DNA from: Pseudomonadota bacterium
GTDB taxonomy: Bacteria > Pseudomonadota > Gammaproteobacteria > Steroidobacterales > Steroidobacteraceae
Reading direction: 5' to 3'
Length of the DNA stretch: 64,000 bases
NCBI GenBank assembly: GCA_947449495.1
Contig: CANFSB010000003.1
Span: 16,933-80,932 of the forward strand
The translations under genes and the position numbers were made by a program. The notes under the pieces were generated by a model. It was not told the origin of the DNA. It searched no databases and worked only from the letters and a program-made list of their open reading frames with translations. Of the stretch, positions 9,337 through 19,330 are shown in pieces. Positions within the stretch are counted from its first letter, which is position 1; every line of letters starts with the position of its first letter.

Positions 9337-10292
9337 TAGCGCTGCGCCTCATCACCTTCAGCGGACGACAACACAGCCTGAATGCGATAGCGCGGCCGCG
9401 CACGGACCTGGGCATAGATGCGCCCCACGTACTCGCCCAACAAGCCGACGCCTGCTAACACCACCCCGATCAGGAAGAAGGCAATTCCAAACAGGGTGAA
9501 CACGCCCTCGACCTCGGGACCGACGACCAGGCGGCGCACACCCATGTAAACCACAAACAAGAAAGACAGCAGCGAAATTGCCACGCCGAGCACTGAATAC
9601 ACTTGCAGCGGCACGATAGAAAAGCCGGTCATCAAATCGAAGTTGAGGCGCAGCAGCGAATAGACCGAATATTTGGACTCCCCTGCTTCACGCTCGGCAT
9701 GCGTCACCGGAATCTCGACGGGTGAGCGTGCAAACAGGTAGGCCAGCGCAGGAATAAAAGTATTCATCTCAGGGCAGGCATTGACGGCATCAACCACCGC
9801 GCGACTGTACGCGCGCAGCATGCAACCCTGGTCGGTAATACGGATGCGCGTGGTGCGCTCACGGATCACATTGAGCAGCCGTGAAGGCAATACGCGCCAA
9901 GAGCTGTCTTTACGGCCCATGCGTATGGTGCCGACGTAATCGTGCCCGGCATCGAACTGCTCGAGCAAACGCGGGATCTCTGCGGGCGGGTTCTGCAGAT
10001 CCGCATCCAGCGTAATGACCACCTCGCCACGTGAGCGCTCAAAGCCGGCAAGGATCGCATTGTGCTGGCCAAAGTTACCGGCCAGCAGAATGATGCGAGT
10101 GACATCTGGACGGCGCTGATACTGCTCCCGCAACATTGATGCAGAGCGATCACGGCTGCCATCGTCGATCAACACCAACTCATAGCTGCGTCCCAATGCA
10201 TCAAGCACTGGATAGAGCTCGTCAAACAGTCTTGTCAGACCGTCCTGCTCGTTATAGACCGGAATAACAATACTGACTGAAGGTGTGTTCAC
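9336..10292 (-). CDS. arnC: undecaprenyl-phosphate 4-deoxy-4-formamido-L-arabinose transferase
   Basis: In ORF 9336..10331. GTG 10292 overlaps the arnB stop (GTGA). GT2 core SIVIPVYNEQD...LIDDGSRD...TLDADLQNPP plus two C-terminal TM helices. Confidence 0.9.
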   Translation of the reverse strand: MNTPSVSIVIPVYNEQDGLTRLFDELYPVLDALGRSYELVLIDDGSRDRSASMLREQYQRRPDVTRIILLAGNFGQHNAILAGFERSRGEVVITLDADLQNPPAEIPRLLEQFDAGHDYVGTIRMGRKDSSWRVLPSRLLNVIRERTTRIRITDQGCMLRAYSRAVVDAVNACPEMNTFIPALAYLFARSPVEIPVTHAEREAGESKYSVYSLLRLNFDLMTGFSIVPLQVYSVLGVAISLLSFLFVVYMGVRRLVVGPEVEGVFTLFGIAFFLIGVVLAGVGLLGEYVGRIYAQVRARPRYRIQAVLSSAEGDEAQR

Positions 10293-11413
10293 AGTGCGTG
10301 CTCCCGCAATATCGTGCGCAGCGCATCGCACACACGCGCCACATCGCTGTCGGCCATCGCCGGGAACAGCGGCAAAGTCACCGTCTGCTCACCGATACGC
10401 TCGGCATTGGGAAAATCACCAGCCTTCCAACCCAACTGCTGATAACAACTGAACAGGTGGATGGCAGGGTAATGCACGCCCACGCCGATCTCACGTTGGC
10501 GCATCAACTCGATGAACTGCGCGCGGCTTATAGACAGCCGGGGCAAGTCGAGCAGCGGTGCAAACATATGCCAACTGTGACCCGCATCGCCGCGGGCAGG
10601 CAGGTGCAGCAAGGGCTCATCAGCCAACTGTTCAAAGTACAGCCCGGCCAAATGACGCCTACGATCATTGAAGCCGTCGAGCAGCGGCAACTGTCCCATC
10701 CCCACGCGCGCAGCCACATCGGTGAGATTGGCTTTGCCGCCGGGCAAGCTGACATCCATGGTGCCGTCGGCGTGGCGCTGCAAACCATGAAAGCGCTGAC
10801 GTTCGATCAGTAGCAATTCGGCCGGATTGTCGGCAACCAGCGCGCCGCCTTCCAGCGTGGTCATGTTCTTGTTGGGGTGAAAACTAAAGCAGACCAGATC
10901 ACCACCGGAACCGATCCGCGCGCCGGGCAGCCCGGAACCGATAGCATGTGCGGCATCTTCGATGACTCGCAATCCGTACTGGCGCGCCAATGCATATAGG
11001 GCGGTCATGTCCAGCGGCAAGCCGGCAAAGTGCACGGGCATCAAGGCACGCGTGGCCGGCGTGATCGCCGCAGCAGCCAGTGCCAGATCCATGTTGCGCG
11101 TGTCCAGATCCACATCCACAAACACCGGTTTGGCCCCGACACGCAGGATAACGTTGGCCGTAGCGGTAAAACTCATCGCTGGCGTGATCACTTCATCGCC
11201 GGGACCAATGCCCGCTGCCAGCAGCGCAATCTCCAGCGCCGCAGTGGCCGAAGTCATCACCCTTACCGGCCGCCCTCCCACATAAGCAGACAATGCGGAC
11301 TCGAAGGCGGCGACCTGTGGCCCTGTAGCCAGCCAGCCACTGCGCAGGACCTCAAGCACACCTTGCAGGGTCGCATCATCGAGCGAGGGTCGAGTGAAAG
11401 GCAGAAAACTCAT
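10289..11413 (-). CDS. arnB: UDP-4-amino-4-deoxy-L-arabinose--oxoglutarate aminotransferase
   Basis: 374 aa. MSFLPFTRPSL...SGWLATGP...GDEVITPAMSF...FSFHPNKNMT (PLP lysine context), DegT/ArnB family. GGGGAG Shine-Dalgarno upstream. Confidence 0.92.
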   Translation of the reverse strand: MSFLPFTRPSLDDATLQGVLEVLRSGWLATGPQVAAFESALSAYVGGRPVRVMTSATAALEIALLAAGIGPGDEVITPAMSFTATANVILRVGAKPVFVDVDLDTRNMDLALAAAAITPATRALMPVHFAGLPLDMTALYALARQYGLRVIEDAAHAIGSGLPGARIGSGGDLVCFSFHPNKNMTTLEGGALVADNPAELLLIERQRFHGLQRHADGTMDVSLPGGKANLTDVAARVGMGQLPLLDGFNDRRRHLAGLYFEQLADEPLLHLPARGDAGHSWHMFAPLLDLPRLSISRAQFIELMRQREIGVGVHYPAIHLFSCYQQLGWKAGDFPNAERIGEQTVTLPLFPAMADSDVARVCDALRTILREHAL

Positions 11414-11426
11414 GAGTCACTCCCCG

Positions 11427-13100
11427 TCATGGATGCACCACGATACTGTGGTCGTGGTATTCGACTAGTACCTTGTAAGGCAGTTGTGCGGCGCGCATGC
11501 GCGGTAAAAAACTCGCATCGACCAACGCGACTGCATCAGAGGCCGCCGACCAGCGTGCAGCAAACTCTGATAACGACAGCGGCACACCCGAGGCAAATTG
11601 CACCTGCAGTTCGCCAGTGTATTCAACCAGTATGCAATCGCGACGTAAGTCAAAAGCCAGCACATGCAGGTAAGTACCCACACAGTAAAACGGTGTCTCG
11701 GGCTGCAGTCGTGCTTGCAACTGTGCGGCCGCGCCGGGCGCACCACGAAGCGCTGCCAAGGAATTGCCGCCGGTGACCAACACCAAACAAGCCAGATGCA
11801 GCGAGACCGACAGACCCAGCACAGCAGCCAGTACACCGGTACGACGGCGCAACATCCACCAGGCAAATCCAGTGCCGGCAAGCACCAATAACCCGCCAGT
11901 AGTCAGCACCGGACCGACAGCCCGATAGACCGGCAGTAACGATCCGCCCTTCATCACCGCCAAGGCCACTGGCTGCGCAATCAGCATCAGTACGCCCAGC
12001 AACAACGCTAACGGCAGCACGCTGCCTAAACCTGCATTAGCTTGCGCATCACGCTGTGCCAAGGCACGACCTGCCAGCAGCGCCAAAGGCGGAACCGCCG
12101 GCATGATGTAGGGCACAAGCTTGGAACCACTGAGGCTGAAAAACACCACCACCGTGACAGCCCACACCGCCAGCGCCAGCGGTACGTCAAAGCGCAGGGC
12201 GCCGGGCGTGCCAACGCGCGTGGTGGAACGCAGCGCCATACCGGCCTGACGCAACATCAACACAGTCCACGGCAAACACCCTGCCACCAGCACCATGCCG
12301 AAGTACCAGAACGGCTGAACGCGCTGATGCTCGTTGGTGAGAAAGCGCGTGAAATGCTCGTGAATCAGAAAGAACTCTGCAAAGCGCGCATCACGCAGAC
12401 CTAGCAGCACTGTCCAAGGCAACACCAACACCGCAAGCACAGCCAGGCCGGCCACAAGATGCAATCGGCCCCACAGCGCAAGGTCACGACGTAGACCGCT
12501 GTACACCAGCAACGCGATGCCCGGCACCGCGAACGCTGTCAGACCCTTTTGTAAAAACCCAAGCCCCACGGCTGTCCAGCACAGCAACATCCATCGTTGC
12601 CGCTGCGACGCATCGGCTTCGTCGCGCTGCGCCAGCACAAAGCACAACAAGGCAGCCGTCAAAAAAAACGTCAGACCCATATCGAGCAAATTGATCTGCC
12701 CGACCAGCAGGTACAGCGGCGCCGAGACCAAGATCAACGCAGAGCATGCTGCGGCGGTTACGCCAAACAGCCGGCGTCCCGCGCCATAAACCGCCACGAC
12801 ACCAGCGATACCCATCAGCAGCGTCCACAAGCGCGACACCCAGCCGTGATCGCCCAATACGGAATAAGCCAGCGCAGTGGCCCAATATTGCAAAGGCGGC
12901 TTTTCCACGTAGGGCAGACCGTTGAGATGCGGAACAACCCAATCACCCCGTGCAAGCATCTGACGCGGGATCTCCGCGTAGCGGCCTTCATCCGGCTGAA
13001 TCAAATCACGCAGCCCGTTACATACCAGCGTTGCCAACACCAGCCAGGCAAGCACCAGCCAGGCACGTTTGCGCCAGCTACGTTGATCGGCGTCAGTCAC
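11427..13100 (-). CDS. arnT: 4-amino-4-deoxy-L-arabinose lipid A transferase (GT family 39/83)
   Basis: C-terminal 557 aa of ORF 11427..13400. GTG 13100 overlaps the murI stop (GTGA). ...IQPDEGRYAEIPRQMLARGDWVVPHLNGLPYVEKPPLQYW... matches the ArnT N-terminal signature. Many TM helices. Confidence 0.88.
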   Translation of the reverse strand: MTDADQRSWRKRAWLVLAWLVLATLVCNGLRDLIQPDEGRYAEIPRQMLARGDWVVPHLNGLPYVEKPPLQYWATALAYSVLGDHGWVSRLWTLLMGIAGVVAVYGAGRRLFGVTAAACSALILVSAPLYLLVGQINLLDMGLTFFLTAALLCFVLAQRDEADASQRQRWMLLCWTAVGLGFLQKGLTAFAVPGIALLVYSGLRRDLALWGRLHLVAGLAVLAVLVLPWTVLLGLRDARFAEFFLIHEHFTRFLTNEHQRVQPFWYFGMVLVAGCLPWTVLMLRQAGMALRSTTRVGTPGALRFDVPLALAVWAVTVVVFFSLSGSKLVPYIMPAVPPLALLAGRALAQRDAQANAGLGSVLPLALLLGVLMLIAQPVALAVMKGGSLLPVYRAVGPVLTTGGLLVLAGTGFAWWMLRRRTGVLAAVLGLSVSLHLACLVLVTGGNSLAALRGAPGAAAQLQARLQPETPFYCVGTYLHVLAFDLRRDCILVEYTGELQVQFASGVPLSLSEFAARWSAASDAVALVDASFLPRMRAAQLPYKVLVEYHDHSIVVHP

Positions 13101-13921
13101 AAATCCACCAAGTGCACATGTTCTGCAGCCAACGTCTGCCCAAGGAAAGTAGCGCCAACGCGGGCAAAACGCGCCACACCATCGGTCGCCAGCAACAGCG
13201 GCGCAGATACCGGACGCCCTGACTCTGCCAGCAAGCCGCGCTCTGCCAAAGCCCGACGCAGTGCTTGGGCTACCGAAACACTGGCATCCACCACCGAGAC
13301 GCGCGGCCCGAGCACCTGAGATAACACCGGCGCCAACACTGGAAAATGCGTGCACCCGAGCAACAGCACATCGGGGTGCGCAGCCTCTGCAGCAAACCAA
13401 CCGTCCAGATAGCGATGGGCTGCCGCCAGCACCGCCTCACCATCAATCCAACCTTCTTCGGCCAGCGCAACAAACACCTGACAGGCCAGCGACTGCACCT
13501 GCGCATCAGGTTGCAGTGCTGCGATAGCGCGTGCATAAGCACCACCGGCGACAGTGGACTCCGTGGCAATAACTGCAATGTGCCCCGTGCGTGAAGCGGC
13601 GACAGCAGCAGCGGCGCCAGGCTCAACGACACCGATCACGGGCAAGTGTGCGAAGCGTTCCCGCAGTGCCGGCAATGCAGCGGCCGAGGCCGTATTGCAG
13701 GCCACCACCAGCGCCTTGATGCCGCGCTCCACCAGCATCTCTGCAGCGCGCAGAGCATAGCGCTGTACTGTCGTTGCACTCTTAGTGCCATACGGCAACC
13801 GCGCGGTATCGCCCAAGTAGATCCACGATTCATCCGGCAGTGCAGTGACCAAGGCACGCAGCACCGTGAGGCCACCGACCCCCGAGTCAAAAACCCCGAT
13901 AGCTTGCGACGCGGCGTTCAA
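13097..13921 (-). CDS. murI: glutamate racemase
   Basis: 274 aa. [23 protein letters not shown] and LGCTHFP motifs. TTG start overlaps the lysS stop (TTGA). Confidence 0.93.
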   Translation of the reverse strand: MNAASQAIGVFDSGVGGLTVLRALVTALPDESWIYLGDTARLPYGTKSATTVQRYALRAAEMLVERGIKALVVACNTASAAALPALRERFAHLPVIGVVEPGAAAAVAASRTGHIAVIATESTVAGGAYARAIAALQPDAQVQSLACQVFVALAEEGWIDGEAVLAAAHRYLDGWFAAEAAHPDVLLLGCTHFPVLAPVLSQVLGPRVSVVDASVSVAQALRRALAERGLLAESGRPVSAPLLLATDGVARFARVGATFLGQTLAAEHVHLVDL

Positions 13922-15426
13922 GATTCCGGGCGAACGTGCGGGAACAGCAGCACATCGCGAATGGCAGCCTGGTCGGTGAGGAACATCACCAGCCGGTCGA
14001 TGCCAATGCCCAAGCCTGCAGTCGGCGGCATGCCGTACTCCAGAGCGCGGATGTAATCGGCGTCATAGAACATAGCTTCGTCATCACCGCCCGTCTTACG
14101 GTCAACCTGCGCCTGAAACCGCGCAGCCTGGTCTTCACTGTCATTGAGCTCAGAGAAGCCGTTGGCCAATTCGCGGCCAGCCAGGAAGAACTCGAACCGA
14201 TCGGTGAGAAAAGGATCGGCATCATTGGCACGCGACAGCGGCGACACTTCGGCCGGATAGGCGTAAACAAACGTCGGCTCTATCAGCGTGTGCTCGACAG
14301 TGTGATCAAACACGGCCAACTGCAACTGCCCCGCCCCATCCTGCAAGGAATACTTGGCGCCCAAAGAGTCGCAATGTGCGCGCAGGTATGCCACGTCGCG
14401 CAGGCGCGCCCCATCAAAGCCGGGATTGTGCTGCAGAATGGAGTCTTCGATGGTGACGCGGCGAAATGGCACGGACAAATCGTACTGATGGCCCTGATAC
14501 GTGAGCAGTCGCGTACCGACCACAGCATCGGCAAGCCCCACGACCAACTCTTCGAGCAACGTCATCAGCTGGCGATAATCGGCATAGGCCCAGTACAGCT
14601 CCAGCATGGTGAACTCAGGGTTGTGCCGCGTCGACAGCCCCTCGTTGCGGAAGTTGCGGTTGATTTCGTAGACGCGCTCAAAGCCCCCGACCACCAAGCG
14701 CTTGAGATACAACTCAGGCGCGATGCGCAGGTACATCTGCATGTCGAGCGCATTGTGGTGCGTGACAAAGGGACGCGCCGTGGCGCCACCGGGAATCGGC
14801 TGCATCATCGGCGTCTCGACTTCCATGAAGTCGCGGCTATCGAGCCAATCACGCAGGAAGCGCACGATGCGTGTGCGCTTGCGAAACACGTCGCGTGATT
14901 CATCGTTGACGATCAGATCAACGTAACGCTGACGATAGCGTGTATCGGTGTCTGACAGGCCATGCCACTTGTCCGGCAGCGGCCGCAGCGACTTGACCAG
15001 CAGGCGCAGACTCTCGACACGCACCGACAACTCGCCGGTACGGGTGCGAAACAGCACGCCCTCGGCACCCAGCATATCGCCCACATCCCAGCCCTTGAAC
15101 GCCTCATAAACATCAGCCAGCGCCGTCGCCTGCAGAAACAGCTGGATGCGGCCACTGCGGTCGGCAATCTGCGCAAAGCTGGCCTTACCCATGACGCGCT
15201 TGGCCATCATGCGACCACCTACGCTGACCCGTACCGGATTGGCCTCGAGCCACTGGGCATCCTTGTCGCCCCAGTCCTGTTGTAACTGGGCAGCCAGATG
15301 CTCGCGCTGAAAGTCATTGGGATAGGCGTTGCCCTGCGCACGGATGGCCGCCAGCTTGGCACGCCGTTCAGCGATCAACTTGTTCTCGTCCTCGGCGGGA
15401 GCCGCGGGTGCTGCCTTGTCGTTCAT
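13918..15426 (-). CDS. lysS: lysine--tRNA ligase (class II)
   Basis: ORF 13918..15429. ATG at 15426 shares one base with the prfB TGA. ...[16 protein letters not shown]... and ...[12 protein letters not shown]... class II motifs. Confidence 0.96.
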   Translation of the reverse strand: MNDKAAPAAPAEDENKLIAERRAKLAAIRAQGNAYPNDFQREHLAAQLQQDWGDKDAQWLEANPVRVSVGGRMMAKRVMGKASFAQIADRSGRIQLFLQATALADVYEAFKGWDVGDMLGAEGVLFRTRTGELSVRVESLRLLVKSLRPLPDKWHGLSDTDTRYRQRYVDLIVNDESRDVFRKRTRIVRFLRDWLDSRDFMEVETPMMQPIPGGATARPFVTHHNALDMQMYLRIAPELYLKRLVVGGFERVYEINRNFRNEGLSTRHNPEFTMLELYWAYADYRQLMTLLEELVVGLADAVVGTRLLTYQGHQYDLSVPFRRVTIEDSILQHNPGFDGARLRDVAYLRAHCDSLGAKYSLQDGAGQLQLAVFDHTVEHTLIEPTFVYAYPAEVSPLSRANDADPFLTDRFEFFLAGRELANGFSELNDSEDQAARFQAQVDRKTGGDDEAMFYDADYIRALEYGMPPTAGLGIGIDRLVMFLTDQAAIRDVLLFPHVRPES

Positions 15427-16527
15427 CAAACTCCTGCCTTGAGACTGGCTTCAAGGAAGCCGTCGAGATCACCATCGAGCACCGCGCCGGTATTGCCTAC
15501 CTCAACGTTGGTGCGCAGATCCTTGATACGGGACTGATCCAGCACATAGCTGCGGATCTGGTTGCCCCAGCTGACATCCGACTTGGAGTCCTCGAGCACC
15601 TTGGCTGCTGCGTTGCGCTTGTTGACCTCCAACTCATACAGCTTGGCCTTGAGCATCTTCATGGCCGTGGCGCGATTCTTGTGCTGGCTGCGCTCGTTCT
15701 GGCAGGCGACCACGATGCCCGAGGGCATGTGCCGCAAACGCACTGCCGACTCGGTCTTGTTGACGTGCTGACCGCCGGCACCACTGGAACGATAGACGTC
15801 CATCTCGATATCGGCCGGGTTGAGGTCGATGTTGATGTCGTCGTCGATTTCCGGCGAGATGAACACCGACGCAAATGACGTGTGGCGCCGGTTGCCGGAA
15901 TCGAACGGGCTTTTGCGCACCAGACGGTGCACACCGATCTCGGTGCGCAACCAGCCATAGGCAAACTCACCCTCGAAATGAATGCTGCAGCCCTTGATGC
16001 CCGCCACCTCACCGTCGCTGACATCCATGACTTCGGTTTTGAAGCCGCGGCGCATGCCCCACCGCAGGTACATGCGCATCAACATGCTGGCCCAGTCCTG
16101 CGCCTCGGTGCCGCCGGCACCGGCCTGGATATCGAGGTAGGCGCTGTGCGAGTCCATCTCGCCGCTGAACATGCGCCTGAACTCCAGCTCCCGCACCTTG
16201 ACCTCTATGGCAGGTGCATCCCTCTCGAGTTCGGCAAAGGTGCTGGCGTCGTCTTCTGCCTCGGCCATTTCCAGCAGTTCGAAAGCATCTGTAATGGCGT
16301 TGCGCGCGAAATCGAGCTGATCCAGATCTTGCGCAAGCTTGGCACGCTCGCGACCCAGTTCCTGCGCACGCTCGGGCTTCGACCAGACGTCTGGGACTTC
16401 CAGCTCGAGGTTTACTTCCTCAAGCCGCTCTTTCTTGCTGTCGTAGTCAAAGAAACCCCCTGAGCGACTCGGTGCGCTCCTGCAGGTCTTTGAGAGTCCG
16501 CTTCAGCAGGCCGGTTTCCAATGCCAT
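15426..16527 (-). CDS. prfB: peptide chain release factor 2 (expressed via programmed +1 frameshift)
   Basis: Frame-0 ORF from ATG 16527 gives [26 protein letters not shown], then an in-frame TGA at 16447-16449. The +1 frame continues DYD... into ORF 15426..16268, which carries the SPF and GGQ ([11 protein letters not shown]) motifs. Combined product is about 366 aa. Confidence 0.95.
16446..16461 (-). promoter_or_regulatory. prfB +1 ribosomal frameshift site
   Basis: Minus strand reads AGG GGG TTT CTT TGA C. This is the canonical CUU UGA C slippery/stop context preceded by an SD-like AGGGGG. Confidence 0.9.
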
Positions 16528-16582
16528 AGCGCGTAATGTTCCGTCGATATCGGTAAACACTGCATTCTAGCAGCAACGGCTG

Positions 16583-18304
16583 CTACGGGACTTGCAGATG
16601 CTCCACCAGCAGCTGCAAACGTCGCTCGCCCTGCCACAGGTTGATATCAAGGCGGTACGCCATCTCGATCAGCCCCGAGGGAGGCCGGGTCTGCGACTCA
16701 TCCAGCTGATTAAAGGCAATGGCATCAAACTGCACCAAGCTGCCCTCGGGGCGCACTTTGAGCTTTACATGACGCTCGCCCACGACCCGCGCATGGACGA
16801 TCTCAAAGCGTCCATCAAACAGCGGCTCGGCAAAGCCTTGGCCCCAAGGCCCGGCAGCGCGCAACTGCTCTGCCGTCGCTAGTGCCAACTCATCCAGTGT
16901 CAAGGGGCCATCGCTCAGTACGGCATCCAAATCCGCATCGGGCTGCCAGCGCGCCACCTCCAGTTCAAAGGCACGTGCAAAACGATCCAGATTGCTCGTC
17001 GCAAGGCTCAACCCCGCTGCCATCGCATGTCCGCCATAGGCAGTGATCAGATCCGGTTCACGCGTCGCAACCGCCTCTATCACGTCGCGGATGTGCACGC
17101 CGGCAACCGAACGGGCCGAACCTCGCAACATCTCGCCCTCGCCCGCCAACGCAAAGGCAATCACCGGACGACGCACCCGGTCTTTGATACGACTGGCCAC
17201 CAAGCCAACCACTCCCTGATGCCATTCAGCATTGAACAGGCATAGCGCATGACGGCGTGGGCCGCGATGCGGTAAATCCAGCCCGGCAACGGCGCGCAAG
17301 GCCAGTGCCTGCATGTCGGACTCGATGCTGCGCCGATCGCGATTGAGCTGATCCAATTGCTCTGCCAGCGGCTGAGCCTCTACCAAGGTGGGCGCGAGCA
17401 GACAGCGGATGCCGATGCCCATGTCATCCAGACGGCCTGCGGCATTGAGGCGTGGCGCCACCTGAAAACCCAGATCTGCTGCCACCAAGCCTTCAGGCTG
17501 TCGCTTGGCCGCAGCCAGCAAGGCCACAATGCCAGGCACGCAACGGCCGGCACGGATGCGTTTGAGGCCCTCTGCTACCAGCACACGGTTGTTGTCATCC
17601 AGCGCCACCAGATCAGCCACCGTGCCCAACGCCACCAGATCCAGCCACTGCGTGACAGGCAAGGCATCGGCAGACAATACGCCCTCGGTAGCCAGCAAGC
17701 GCCGCAGCGCCGCCATCACATAAAACGCCACACCCACACCCGCCAGCGCACGACTGGCGAATTGGCTGCCGGGTAAGTTCGGATTGACGATCACGTCGGC
17801 TGCGGGCAAATGCTCGCCAGGCAAATGATGATCAGTGACCAACACTGCAATGCCCAACTGCCGCGCGCGCGCTACACCGGCCACGCTGGAGGTACCGTTA
17901 TCGACAGTCACCAGCAAGCGCGCGCCGCGCTGCGCGGCAATATCCACCACCGGCGGCGTCAACCCATAGCCGTGCGTGAAACGATCCGGCACCACAAAAT
18001 CAACGTCGGTAAATCCCCATGCGCGCAGTGCACGCAACACCAGCGCCGTACTGGTGGCGCCATCGGCGTCGTAATCACCCACCACCACCACGCAGCTGTG
18101 ACGGTGCGCATAGAGCAATGCCGCAGCCGCTTCCACATGCTCCAAACTGCCGACGCGCAACATGCGTTCCAGCGCCAGTTGCAACTGCTCTGCCTGACGC
18201 ACGCCGCGGGCTGCATAGATTCGTTGTAGCAAAGGCGACAAGTGCGCAAGACCCAGTGCGGTGTCTGCCGCGGGTCGCCGCAGAATGCGTCGTGGTGCAG
18301 TCAC
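16583..18304 (-). CDS. recJ: single-stranded-DNA-specific exonuclease RecJ
   Basis: ORF 16583..18355. GTG 18304 overlaps the upstream gene's stop (GTGA). ...LSPLLQRIYAARGV..., VVVVGDYDADGATSTAL and DHH (VTDHH) motifs. Confidence 0.93.
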   Translation of the reverse strand: MTAPRRILRRPAADTALGLAHLSPLLQRIYAARGVRQAEQLQLALERMLRVGSLEHVEAAAALLYAHRHSCVVVVGDYDADGATSTALVLRALRAWGFTDVDFVVPDRFTHGYGLTPPVVDIAAQRGARLLVTVDNGTSSVAGVARARQLGIAVLVTDHHLPGEHLPAADVIVNPNLPGSQFASRALAGVGVAFYVMAALRRLLATEGVLSADALPVTQWLDLVALGTVADLVALDDNNRVLVAEGLKRIRAGRCVPGIVALLAAAKRQPEGLVAADLGFQVAPRLNAAGRLDDMGIGIRCLLAPTLVEAQPLAEQLDQLNRDRRSIESDMQALALRAVAGLDLPHRGPRRHALCLFNAEWHQGVVGLVASRIKDRVRRPVIAFALAGEGEMLRGSARSVAGVHIRDVIEAVATREPDLITAYGGHAMAAGLSLATSNLDRFARAFELEVARWQPDADLDAVLSDGPLTLDELALATAEQLRAAGPWGQGFAEPLFDGRFEIVHARVVGERHVKLKVRPEGSLVQFDAIAFNQLDESQTRPPSGLIEMAYRLDINLWQGERRLQLLVEHLQVP

Positions 18305-19311
18305 AGACACTGCCACCAAGGCTGAGGTCGCGCCCACAGCCGCAGTAAATGCCAACGCTTGAGTGTCAATCGACGACCTGCCACCAGCAGCGTCAGCTGT
18401 GTCAACCGGCCGTCGCGCAAAGCAGCCAGCGCCGGCTCAAACCAGCTGGCATCGAGCCGCGGCAACGGCGCATCGCGCGGACCACGCGGGACCGAATCCA
18501 GCACCACCAAGGCATCAACGTTGGCTGACTCGGCAGCTACTGCCAACAACGCAGCCAAATCGGCAGGCACTGCCTGCGCTTCACCATCCGCCGCATGGCA
18601 CAAGCCCACAGTGAACGCATCGTCCGCGAAGACGCGTTGCTGCATCGGCAAATCCGCTGGCGCAGGCAACGCAGCGCCGTCGCCACCACCACCCCAAAAC
18701 CACAGACCATTGACCGGCAACTGCCCGCGCTGTTGTCGATCCCGATTGACAGCGTGCTCGTGCAACCACAGCTCACATTCTCCAGACAGCCGCAGCAACT
18801 GTGCGGCATCGGGTCCGTGTGCCAAGGCGCGAGGCAATCTGGCGCCCAGATAAGGGGCTGGCTCTTGGGCCTCGACACCGCAGGCGGCAAAGCCACTGAG
18901 CACGAATCCACCGCACAGCGGATGCAGCGCCAAACCCGCCACACCAAAATGGCGCTCAAAATCTGCAGCCAAACCGCCCAGCTCCGAGGCCTGCAGAGTC
19001 AACATACCAGCTGGGTGCAGCCGCAAATGATCCAGCGCGGCAATACGGTGCACCGGTGTGGCGAACCACGGATCCACGCCGGCCTCCGGGCACAGCGCCG
19101 ACGCAGCCACCCGGGCCGGCGCCACTGCCCCCCAGGGGCGCAACCCCAACTCTTCGGCCAAGGCGGCACGCCACGTCAGCGGCACTGCATTGCGGTTGGC
19201 AAAGCGCAAAATGGTTTCCAGCCCGGCCAGGCGCGGCAGCAGTTGGCCGGCGCCATCGCCCAGCGCATCTGCATCCAGATGTAGATCGGACACTAGGAGT
19301 CGAAGGTGCAT
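18301..19311 (-). CDS. conserved hypothetical protein, possibly RpfE-type regulatory protein family
   Basis: C-terminal 336 aa of ORF 18301..19644, from ATG 19311 (MHLRLLVSDLHLD...). Contains ...VNGLWFWGGGG.... Its position next to recJ-prfB-lysS recalls the Xanthomonas rpfE neighbourhood. The family assignment is from memory and not verified. Confidence 0.55.
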   Translation of the reverse strand: MHLRLLVSDLHLDADALGDGAGQLLPRLAGLETILRFANRNAVPLTWRAALAEELGLRPWGAVAPARVAASALCPEAGVDPWFATPVHRIAALDHLRLHPAGMLTLQASELGGLAADFERHFGVAGLALHPLCGGFVLSGFAACGVEAQEPAPYLGARLPRALAHGPDAAQLLRLSGECELWLHEHAVNRDRQQRGQLPVNGLWFWGGGGDGAALPAPADLPMQQRVFADDAFTVGLCHAADGEAQAVPADLAALLAVAAESANVDALVVLDSVPRGPRDAPLPRLDASWFEPALAALRDGRLTQLTLLVAGRRLTLKRWHLLRLWARPQPWWQCL

Positions 19312-19330
19312 GTCGCGTATCGTACCGGTG

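Noticed and set aside
13101-13400. N-terminal 100-aa extension of the arnT ORF (start at 13400)
   Set aside because: The extension lies entirely inside murI in another frame and is Cys/Arg/Gly-rich with no ArnT homology. The GTG at 13100, forming a GTGA overlap with the murI stop, gives a 557-aa product that matches the length of E. coli ArnT.
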